A DNA stretch of 64,000 nt from assembly GCA_032718475.1 (NCBI GenBank), contig JAUCBJ010005164.1:1-64000 (forward strand), given 5' to 3'. Positions within the stretch are counted from its first letter, which is position 1; each line of letters starts with the position of its first letter. The notes beneath the pieces are model-generated. The model was given only the letters and a program-made list of their open reading frames with translations, had not been told where the DNA came from and searched no databases. The translations under genes were made by a program, and so were the position numbers. Origin of the DNA: Nemertoderma westbladi. Lineage: Eukaryota > Animalia > Xenacoelomorpha. Positions 42,901 through 54,900 of this stretch are shown here, piece by piece.

Positions 42901-45900
42901 GAGAACGATCGTTGTCGTCCACGGAGGCACAGGAGACAGGACTGGAGAAGGGCGAAATGAAGGCGCCGCCTTACACACCCCAGAACATACCGCAGCCACC
43001 CTCTGCCCTGCCCGTATGCCCCTCGCAACCAAGTCAGCCGGACCAAAGACACAACCGACTTTAAGTCCTACGTTGTCTAGGTGACCACGTGATAGGGTAA
43101 GGAGCAAGGGAACAACAACCTAAGCAGGAAGCTCTCCGAACAATCACATCAACAAACTCCAACCGACTTACAATAAGTAAATAAATCATATCTAACTAAA
43201 GTATAACTAAAATTGAGGTTAAATGGGAGGCCTAATTCATATAAAAATATTTAAGGGAAATGTAATACATCAAACTATTTAACAATATTCTCCATAAGCA
43301 GTATGTATACACTATAGCTAGCACTATGGAATACTCTTATACGCATGTCGCATCCGATCTGTCGAACGACTTGTCAGCAACGTGGTCTCTGAAGACAAAA
43401 CATCGTAAATATCCTCACAGGCGGATTCAAGTTCTTATATTCACTGACTTCTCCATACCAGAGGATTCGATTCCTATATTATTCCTATATTATATTCCTA
43501 TACGCGTAGCGTATAGGAATCGAGGATAACACACCAATAGAACGTGATGGAATGATATAGAACTACTGTAGGACAATCGCTAGATTTTTATAATAACCTT
43601 CATACCTGTACATGAAACTCCATCTCCTGAATATCCATCATTACAATCACAACTAAATCCTCCGGGGGTGTTCGTACAGGTTGCTTGGGCGTGGCAATTA
43701 TGGGTCCCAGCAACGCATTCGTTGTCGTCTGTGAAAAATTAAATATTTCATCAATTAATAAAAATAATTAATTATGAAATAATTTCGATTGGTTTCTAAA
43801 CACATAAAACTTTAGTAAACAATCAACCCACCAGCAAAAAGTATTCAATATATAGTCGGTTATTGTCAATAAGGGTAGCATTGCGGGTTTAGTTTACTAC
43901 AGTAGTCCTTACCTTTACAAGTGATACCGTTCCCTGAGTAACCGGGATTGCATTCACAATGCCAGCCGGGTACGTCGTTAATGCACGCAGCATTGGGGTC
44001 GCAGTTCGCTAGTCCTACCTGTAAAAGTGATACCGTTCCCTGAGTAACCGGGATTGCATTCACAATGCCAGCCGGGTACGTCGTTAATGCACGCAGCATT
44101 GGGGTTGCAGTTCGCTAGACCTACCTGTACAAGTGATACCGTTCCCTGAGTAACCGGGATTGCATTCACAATGCCAGCCGGGTACGTCGTTAATGCACGC
44201 AGCATTGGGGTCGCAGTTCGCTAGACCTACCTGTACAAGTGATACCGTTCCCTGAGTAACCGGGATTGCATTCACAATGCCAGCCGGGTACGTCGTTAAT
44301 GCACGCAGCATTGGGGTCGCAGTTCGCTAGACCTACCTGTACAAGTGATACCGTTCCATGAGTAACCGGGATTGCATTCACAATGCCAGCCGGGTACGTC
44401 GTTAATGCACGCAGCATTGGGGTCGCAGTTCGCTAGACCTACCTGTACAAGTGATACCGTTCCCTGAGTAACCGGGATTGCATTCACTATGCCAGCCGGG
44501 TACGTCGTTAATGCACGCAGCATTGGGGTCGCAGTTCGCTAGTCCTACCTGTACAAGTGATACCGTTCCCTGAGTAACCGGGATTGCATTCACTATGCCA
44601 GCCGGGTACGTCGTTAATGCACGCAGCATTGGGGTCGCAGTTCGCTAGTCCTACCTGTACAAGTGATACCGTTCCCTGAGTAACCGGGATTACATTCACT
44701 ATGCCAGCCGGGTACGTCGTTAATGCACGCAGCATTGGGGTCGCAGTTCGCTAGTCCTACCTGTACAAGTGATACCGTTCCCTGAGTAACCGGGATTGCA
44801 TTCACTATGCCAGCCGGGTACGTCGTTAATGCACGCAGCATTGGGGTCGCAGTTCGCTAGACCTACCTGTACAAGTGATACCGTTCCCAGAGTAACCGGG
44901 ATTGCATTCATAATGCCAGCCGGGTACGTCGTTAATGCACGCAGCATTGGGGTCGCAGTTCGCTAGACCTACCTGTACAAGTGATACCGTTCCCAGAGTA
45001 ACCGGGATTGCATTCACAATGCCAGCCGGGTACGTCGTTAATGCACGCAGCATTGGGGTCGCAGTTCGCTAGACCTACCTGTACAAGTGATACCGTTCCC
45101 AGAGTAACCGGGATTGCATTCACAATGCCAGCCGGGTACGTCGTTAACGCACGCAGCATTGGGGTCGCAGTTCGCTAGACCTACCTGTACAAGTGATACC
45201 GTTCCCTGAGTAACCGGGATTGCATTCACAATGCCAGCCGGGTACGTCGTTAATGCACGCAGCATTGGGGTCGCAGTTCGCTAGTCCTACCTGTACAAGT
45301 GATACCGTTCCCAGAGTAACCGGGATTGCATCCACAATGCCAGCCGGGTACGTCGTTAATGCACGCAGCATTGGGGTCGCAGTTCGCTAGACCTACCTGT
45401 ACAAGTGATACCGTTCCGTGAGTAACCGGGATTGCATTCACAATGCCAGCCGGGTGCGTCGTTAATGCACGCAGCATTGGGGTCGCAGTTCGCTAGACCT
45501 ACCTGTACAAGTGATACCGTTCCCTGAGTAACCGGGATTGCATTCACAATGCCAGCCGATACCGTTCCTAGAGTAACCGGGATTGCATTCACAATGCCAG
45601 CCGGGTACGTCGTTAATGCACGCAGCATTGGGGTCGCAGTTCGCTAGTCCTACCTGTACAAGTGATACCGTTCCCTGAGTAACCGGGATTGCATTCACAA
45701 TGCCAGCCGGGTACGTCGTTAATGCACGCAGCATTGGGGTCGCAGTTCGCTAGACCTACCCGTACAAGTGATACCGTTCCCTGAGTAACCGGGATTGCAT
45801 TCATAATGCCAGCTGGATACGTCGTTAATGCACGCAGCATTGGGGTCGCAGTTCGCTAGACCTACCTGTACAAGTGATAACGTTCCCTGAGTAACCGGGA

Positions 45901-48900
45901 TTGCATTCACAATGCCAGCCGGGTACGTCGTTAATGCACGCAGCATTGGGGTCGCAGTTCGCTAGACCTACCTGTACAAGTGATACCGTTCCCTGAGTAA
46001 CCGGTATTGCATTCACAATGCCAGCCGGGTACGTCGTTAATGCACGCAGCATTGGGGTCGCAGTTCGCTAGACCTACCCGTACAAGTGATACCGTTCCCT
46101 GAGTAACCGGTATTGCATTCACAATGCCAGCCGGGTACGTCGTTAATGCACGCAGCATTGGGGTCGCAGTTCGCTAGACCTACCTGTACAAGTGATACCG
46201 TTCCGTGAGTAACCGGGATTGCATTCACAATGCCAGCCGTGTGCGTCGTTAATGCACGCAGCATTGGGGTCGCAGTTCGCTAGACCTACCTGTACAAGTG
46301 ATACCGTTCCCTGAGTAACCGGGATTGCATTCACAATGCCAGCCGGGTACGTCGTTAATGCACGCAGCATTGGGGTCGGAGTTCGCTAGACCTACCTGTA
46401 CAAGTGATACCGTTCCCAGAGTAACCGGGATTGCATCCACAATGCCAGCCGGGTACGTCGTTAATGCACGCAGCATTGGGGTCGGAGTTCGCTAGACCTA
46501 CCTGTACAAGTGATACCGTTCCCAGAGTAACCGGGATTGCATCCACAATGCCAGCCGGTTACGTCGTTAATGCACGCAGCATTGGGGTCGCAGTTCGCTA
46601 GACCTACCTGTACAAGTGATACCGTTCCCTGAGTAACCGGGATTGCATTCACAATGCCAGCCGGGTACGTCGTTAATGCACGCAGCATTGGGGTCGCAGT
46701 TCGCTAGACCTACCTGTACAAGTGATACCGTTCCATGAGTAACCGGGATTGCATTCACAATGCCAGCCGGGTACGTCGTTAATGCACGCAGCATTGGGGT
46801 CGCAGTTCGCTAGACCTACCTGTACAAGTGATACCGTTCCCTGAGTAACCGGGATTGCATTCACAATGCCAGCCGGGTACGTCGTTAATGCACGCAGCAT
46901 TGGGGTCGCAGTTCGCGGCGCCGGTCAAACATTCGTTTATGTCGTCGCAGTTATTCACTCCATCGCCGGTGTATCCTAGCAACAAAATGTAGTTTCGTTA
47001 AAACCTTTGATTTACAGTATGTATCCTAGCACCAATATCTGGCCGGGCTACAATGCTCAGTCAATGTTCTTTCAAGCTGCTAAGTCCGACACAGACTAGA
47101 GTAAAGCTTGGTCTTTTATTGATACGGCTAAGTACCCAGTGCTCTACATAACTACCATCTTGTGCGCATAAATTAATTATTAATCGTATCGAATATATTA
47201 TTTATTACACAGAACAGGGTCCTCGAGTTTGTAAAACTCAGTGATTAATAATATGACTCTAATTCACACCATCCAATTATTGGTATATAGAGAGCATTGT
47301 GTTCATAAATAACGTGATCTGCAACAGGCAATTAATAAGTTCAGTGGCGATTTGTTGTAAATTAATTAATGAAGTTTAGTATACGATGGGCACTCAGCTG
47401 TACTATTGTATTGATACAGTACATACTGTACACATAACCCTGTAGACGACTACTAACTAATATATCTTGTAAACTGCCGCTACAGTAGCTAAAGTTCGAT
47501 AATTCCATTCACTTCTGACTATATCAACGCATAGCTTTATTACTTTAAAAAATTGGAAAATTAATTTGTTCGATCCTTTTAAAAGTACAAAAGTAATCGT
47601 TAGGCCCAGATTAACGATTATATTTTTGTGTAATCTGTTGTTTATTCAGGTATTAATTGTTGTAAGTATATCGTAATAGATAAACACCATATTCGGGAGT
47701 TACCTTGGCCCGACTGCATGAAAAAAAGTAAAAAATATGGTGAATTGATTGATTTACTGTATATTTACGGTATTTAAATAACTCGTGATGTTCAGATGTA
47801 CCCCAGTGTGTAAATATAAACCTCCTTATGTCTTTGTAATAATTTAGTGATCTTATTAAACTACAGTACCGGTACATCATCCACGAGTTTTTCTATGAAT
47901 CGTTATTTGCAATCGTATTATATAACTTTTCGCAAATTACTTTTTAACAATATTTATGAAGCAGTTTGAATAGCTTCCTATCACATAGTGTACCTGTTCA
48001 CACCTAAATTTTAGTTTTGCTTTTGAGGGAACAATTTCGTGGAAAAAAATTTAAAACTGTTAACAATTGTGTCAAAAAACTGTATGCTTTGTGGGCTAAG
48101 CTACAATGGGCGACGGTGGCCACGGACGAAGGTGACTCTCGGGTGACGGTATCTCACTCATTCGATTCGGATGAGGTTAGAAATAGGTTATACATGGAAG
48201 GGTGCAATTTGAGTGCCGTTAAATAAACGAACGTTTGCAAGTCAAAGTCAGTCATTTTAAGCCAATAAAATCAAATTGTTTTCGCGCTGAACACGATGTT
48301 ATGACAATCAATCTCGTGGATGATTAAGTAGTTTAGGTAAACTTGCCTGTATTATTTATACTGCCAATTAATAATAATCTACTCGTTATTAGATCGCCAT
48401 GTATAATACTTCGGTTAGTCTCGAGATGGGCCACAACATTAGTACGGGAGATGGTGACAATTCTTCGCTCTATTTCGAAGGGGGAAATAAAAAAATCGAC
48501 TATGTTTTCGTCTATAAATCCAAAGATTTTGAATCCGGCAAAGTGGCAGAAATGCGAGAGAATTTCAGAGAAGATATCGAGGAGATAGGAATAGAGGTTG
48601 AGGTTGATGACGGTGATGAGTCTGACGGCGACAAACGAATTCGTTGCTACAAACTCCACGCGACATGGGAACTTCTATGTAAATTCGCTGAGATTTTAAA
48701 ATTAATGATGCCATTGAAAGTCCATGAAATAAAGACGCATAAGGACATTTTTATTGCTCGTAAAATGCACGACATACTTTTCACCAACGAAGACCATCGA
48801 AAAATGGCTCCATTCAAAATTGCCAAAGCTGCTGACTTTATGACTGAACCGAGGGATATGTTTTTTACTTCCACCCAGAGGAGCCAGCTGCTCTGGGCAG

Positions 48901-51900
48901 CTCTCCAGTGCTATAACAAATATGATGGTAATAGTGATGATGATAACTTTGAGGTCAAACCTGATATCAAAACTCTCCTAACCAACGGCACCTTCAAAGA
49001 GGCCTACCCACTACATGATGGTGATTACGATGAATATTCTGGTCAGAAGGGTAGAAAGTGGCTACTTGAAAACTGGGCAACTTTACGTAAAGTGCGTAAC
49101 AAGCAACCATTAGAGGAAATTAAGGCGTATTTTGGAGAGAAATTTGCCATATATTTCTCATGGTTGGGTTATTACACATTTATGTTAATATTCCCAGCCA
49201 TAGTTAGCATTGGTGTTTTTATGTACGGTCTTGTTTCCTCAATAATGATCGATGACGACTTGAGTAAGGAAGTATGTGGTGATGACGTAGGCAATATTAC
49301 TATGTGCCCTCTTTGCGACTCTGTCTGTCCTTATTGGCACCTAAGGGACAGTTGTAATACCTTGGCGACTTATCCGATATTTAACAACGAGGCCAGCATA
49401 TTGTTTTCTATCTTTATGGTCCTTACCGTCACATTATTTTTGGAATTGTGGAAAAGAAACCAGAATGAGATAAATTACGATTGGGATTTGTTTTACTTTG
49501 AAGAAGGAGATCGTCCAGAGTTTGAGGCCAAGGCTAAACATTCTCGAGTCAACCAGGTTACTCAGTCTATCGAGCCCTTTGTTCCACGTCTATGTAAATG
49601 GTCGAGGCTATTGGGTGTGATTTTAGTTACGTTTCTGATGATACTAGTTGTTGTTGCAGCTGTGTTTGGTATAATTCTATACCGTATCAGCGTCGCTCTG
49701 GCATTCTCACAACGGTTCTCTCCACAAACGTCTTCAAACCTAGTAGGTGTCACCTCTGGCATTATTAACTACATCGGGATAAAAATTTTAGGTACGATTT
49801 ACGAAAAAATTGCTTGTTGGTTAACAGTCCTAGAATGCCAGAGAACTGATGCTAGGTATGAAAAGAGTTACACACAAAAGCTGTTTCTCTTTCAGTTCGT
49901 TAACAACTATGCTTGCTTATTTTACATAGCTTTCATCAAAGGCAAATTGCAAAAGTTGCCTAATCAAATATTCAAGATAGGTGGTACAAAGGGTAATGAG
50001 GCATGCGACGCTAATGGGAGCTGTATGACAGATCTGCTTATCCAATTGGCAACCCTGATGGCCTGCGAGGCTCTGCAGGATAATATTGTGGAATATGTCA
50101 TGCCAATAGCCATGAATTACCTCCGCAGAAAATGCGACTGTAACTTCACCAAGAACGCTGAGAACCTCAGCCAATGGAAAATAGATTACCGTCTTCAACC
50201 TCAGGACATATTAGGCCTGTTTGATGAGTATATCAAGATGGTAATCCAGTTCGGATACGTCACTATTTTCGTAGTCGCCTTCCCATTGGCTCCACTACTG
50301 GCGCTTATAAATAACATCCTAGAAATCAGATTGGATGCTAATAAGTTTATCAAGCACTATCGTCGACCTTTCCCAGACAGGGCCCAAAATATCGGAGTGT
50401 GGTTGCGAATACTTAAGGGGGTAACTGCGATCAGCGTGGTATCGAACGCTTTCATCATCGCGTTCACCTCCGATATAATAACTCAGGAGGTCTATAAACG
50501 GGCGGTCAGTCCTACGGGAAGCATGGTCGGATATACCAACCACTCACTATCCATATTCTACGTCAAGGATTTCCTACCGGGCCAGATGCCTAATCGCAAT
50601 CTTACCAAGGGCTTCGGTGATTCAGACATAATTGAACCGGAGACGTGCCGTTTCCACGGTTACTACGCCCACTCAGGTGAGCCGGGCACCTCAGAATCGA
50701 CTTACACTCTGACGACATTCTATTGGCACTCGATGGCGGCCAATCTAGCTTTCGTTATCGCTTTCGAGCATGTCGTCTTCCTCTTGCAGGTGGCGTTGGC
50801 CTACGCCATTCCTGATATGCCGGGACACGTGGCAAAGAGTTTGAAAAGGAGGCAGGAACGCCAAGGTAACGCTTTGAACATGGCTTTCGTCACTAACAAC
50901 AATGAAAGACAGTTATTTTGATAAAACATTTGTGGCGGCCACCCTAGAAACGTACCTTAACGTAGAGAACATAGTTCTGAGATAAACGCATTTAAAGTTT
51001 TTACCTTGAAAATTTTGTTAAATTTTTTAAATTTTTTAAAATTTTTTAGCAGCTGATTCTACATTCGCGATTTCAGCCAAATTCGGACAATTTCAGCCAA
51101 AATATGACTCACCCCCAGATGGCTGACTGATGTCCGAAGTCCAATTTTTCGTCCAAATATATGCCAATTTAAGCTAAAATCGGCCAATTTGAGTCAAAAT
51201 GAGCCAAATTAAAATTTTCAACTTTTTGACAAAAATGTCAAAAATTATTCGAAAAGTGTTTTAGAAAAACGGCCATATCTCACAAACCAAACAAGATCTC
51301 GCTTAGCCGTTTTCATTTTCGAATTCTACGGAAAATTCTGCATCGAATGAAGCAATAAAACAAAAATTGACATTCCTACGCTAAGGTCCGTTTCTAGGGT
51401 GGCCGCCACATTTGCTTAATTTACACTGGTATTTACACTGGTACTATATCCTATTTAATAATTAACTAAATAAAATTACCGATAAATTTATTATTAGATG
51501 ATTTGATACTTTGTGTCCCTGGTATTATATTGCACTATATTTTTCTATATATTATATACAATATTATTACATCATATATTTAATATCATTCATGTACAAT
51601 ATAGCTTTAGGCATTGATATATTAGTACAATATATTTGGACATATAGCATTTATTTACATGTATATATATTTATTTACATTAATTTTCAATTTACGTAAG
51701 ACCTGTGAGTAAGGCCAGTATGCTACGAGTATAATTATAATATATTTATTACCACTGGAGTTAATTTAAATTAATCTAGTGTTAATAATTCTCATTTATC
51801 TATATGCAGTTTATTTTTTTCATTTTATTATATCTGTGTAATGGTGATATTGTTTGCTTTAATACTACAGTATATAGTTGTATGGCATACATGTCATATA

Positions 51901-54900
51901 CTGTAGTATATCTATAGTGTCTAATATTGTATAATGTTGAGTTCGAGTTGCAATATATATTCTCAATGTTACCGACTTTTCTTTTCTGGCTAAAGTATAT
52001 ATACTGCATATGAGTATAGATAGCTCCACTAAATATTTATGTGAATTGCTAAACTCACCTAGTTTGTTACTCGTTAATATCGTACTGCGTACTACAATGT
52101 TATTATCGTACTGCGTACTACAATGTTATTATCGTACTGCGTACTACAATGTTATTATCGTACTGCGTACTACAATGTTATTATCGTACTGCGTACTACA
52201 ATGTTATTATCGTACTGCGTACTACAATGTTATTATCGTACTGCGTACTACAATGTTATTATCGTACTGCGTACTACAATGTTATTATCGTACTGCGTAC
52301 TACAATGTTATTATCGTACTGCGTACTACAATGTTATTATCGTACTGCGTACTACAATGTTATTATCGTACTGCGTACTACAATGTTATTATCGTACTGC
52401 GTACTACAATGTTATTATCGTACTGCGTACTACAATGTTATTATCGTACTGCGTACTACAATGTTATTATCCTACTGCGTACTACAATGTTATTATCGTA
52501 CTGCGTACTACAATGTTATTATCGTACTGCGTACTACAATGTTATTATCGTACTGCGTACTACAATGTTATTATCGTACTGCGTACTACAATGTTATTAT
52601 CGTACTGCGTACTACAATGTTATTATCGTACTGCGTACTACAATGTTATTATCGTACTGCGTACTACAATGTTATTATCGTACTGCGTACTACAATGTTA
52701 TTATCGTACTGCGTACTACAATGTTATTATTTGTGCTATCGCCTAAATTAATGACAAATAGTTAATATATTATAGTTGGTTATTGCAAAAAATGAAAAAA
52801 AAATCTTCAAGGGCTCAACTCATAACTATTGTTCCCATGGGCGGATTTAGGATATGTTACCGCAGCCGACCTACTCTTTCAATGGCGCACAATCCAGTTT
52901 GGCCGTCTTTTTTTCCGGATCCAACTCTATTTATACAGAACTAAAAGGCTCTCCAGACCAGGGAAGTAACAGGTAATAATAACCTGTCAAATAATGTTGG
53001 CCCCTATATTTGTGACAATATTAAATTCACGTGCTTTATCACAATAACCTTGGTATTATTTTTAAATTTTTTTAAATTTGCTGTTTATACGTGTATGTGA
53101 CATTTATTTTTTTACATACTTTTTACCCCGCATTTTATTTGGGGTGGGTAAAAAAGTAGTGTGAACAGGTAAGAATGATAGGCCTACATCAAGGTCACTT
53201 ACATCGGAAAGAGTGCCTTGTCAAGGGAACTGAAACAACATTTTTTTTCCAGTTTAGGAAACAGATTTAGTCCGGAGCAAATTTAATTCATAGACAGATA
53301 CAATACAAGCCATGGGTGGATAGTGCCACACTAGGTCTGTTCGATATCCTCAAAGACGATATTGGAGAAAAATATCGCGAGTAAAAATATCGAGAGTAAA
53401 AATATCGCGAGTAAAATACATTTTCATGGTAGCTTTCGAAGGTTAATAGTGTTTTCTTTGGTAGCTATAGTGTTTTTGCAAAAAAATGTTTATTCTTAAA
53501 TTGTAACTTTTTCGCTCAAATATAACTCAAAATCGGGAGAAAAAGTTACACTTTTTTCCCTAGAAAATAAAGTAACACATACGTTTGTATTGATTTTACC
53601 GGCGAAAAACGTAAAATTAAATATACTTGGTGGAATTTCTTAAATTTAATCTTAAATTAAATTAGAACACGGCGTAGAAAAGGTTTGCACGTAATTTGAG
53701 CAAAATCCATTCGCACACTCCGAAGTTATAGCAAATTTAGTGTCTACAATGTGCAAAGTGTACTCCAAAACGGAACTCAATATCCACCATTGAATTGAAT
53801 GTACTCTTCATTAATTAAAAACTCAACGTATAAGAATACAATTGAGGCAGTTAATACATAAGTAATATTTACTGATAATTCATTCATGATTTACTGATTT
53901 CGGAAAATAATACATTTACAATTTTAACTCTTTCACAATTTAACACCTCCACCTCCAGCTATATTGCCAGTTTAAACACTTCTGAAAACACAGAGGAAAA
54001 CTCAAAGTAGAGTGAGACACTAGAAACAAGTAATTCCTGCTTAGGTGTGTTGATGTGGTTCATTATCGTGGCTCTTGTGGTCGTAACTACTGGTGAAGTA
54101 TACTTTTCCGGAAATTTCCTTAAAATAACATATTTCCGGAAAACTATATATATCCCTATTTATAACACTATTTCGTTCATTCTTTTATTAAAGAATTGAG
54201 CAACAAAAAAAGTACCAATTTAAGAATAAAATTATGTATCACATGGGGAAAAAACGTAGAATATTTTTTCAATATCCTCTACACCCTGTATTAATTATTT
54301 GTTATAAATCATTGTTATTACTCGCGATATTTTTACTCGCGATATTTTTCATGTCCCACGCTTTGGGAATCACGACGATAATAGAAAACATCGCTTTCGC
54401 CAAGATCTAGATGAGAAATATGATGAACCTCATTCAATCTTATAATATATGTTTAACTATTTGGAATTTAATTGTTAATCAATCAATTTACTTACATTGT
54501 ATTTACTTATGTTATGATTTTGCTGGGGACTATTAGATTGTTAAGTCGGGGTCGACTTGGTAGAAGATAGCGTGGAAAATTTCGCGACGAATTAAATTTA
54601 ATAAACTAATAATTAATAACTATAATATTTAATAACTAACTAACATAAAGTAAAATTTTGCTATATTGTAATTGTAAATAACAATTTTGTTATTTATAGA
54701 GCGTAAAATTTTAACTGTTAAATTTTTTATGAATGTGCATTAATAAGAAATTAAATTTATGAGCATATTAATTTGATAAGCATGCTAATTCTGGACAATA
54801 TAATATATTCGGTTTAACTTAACAAATAATGAATGTAAATTATCTCAACGTATTGCCGCCTTTCATTACAAGCTAAACAGTAATTTCCATCCAAAATAGG

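Larger units (their letters stand above)
23630..46975 (-). repeat. Four tandem copies of a 5-exon EGF cassette (A-B-C-D-E)
   Basis: Cassettes 46975-40828, 37613-33018, 31967-27978 (plus ShKT exon) and 26682-23630; near-identical exon pairs and intron flanks, e.g. 41046-41240 vs 33277-33470, 42415-42620 vs 34180-34390, 28219-28347 vs 24064-24192. Confidence 0.88.

Noticed and set aside
42867-43172. Possible solo LTR (TG...CA, GC-rich)
   Set aside because: No convincing TSD or second copy in the window.
52010-52765. Three overlapping 200-250 aa ORFs
   Set aside because: Artefact of a stop-free 26-bp minisatellite; the unit is not junction-derived as far as I can see.
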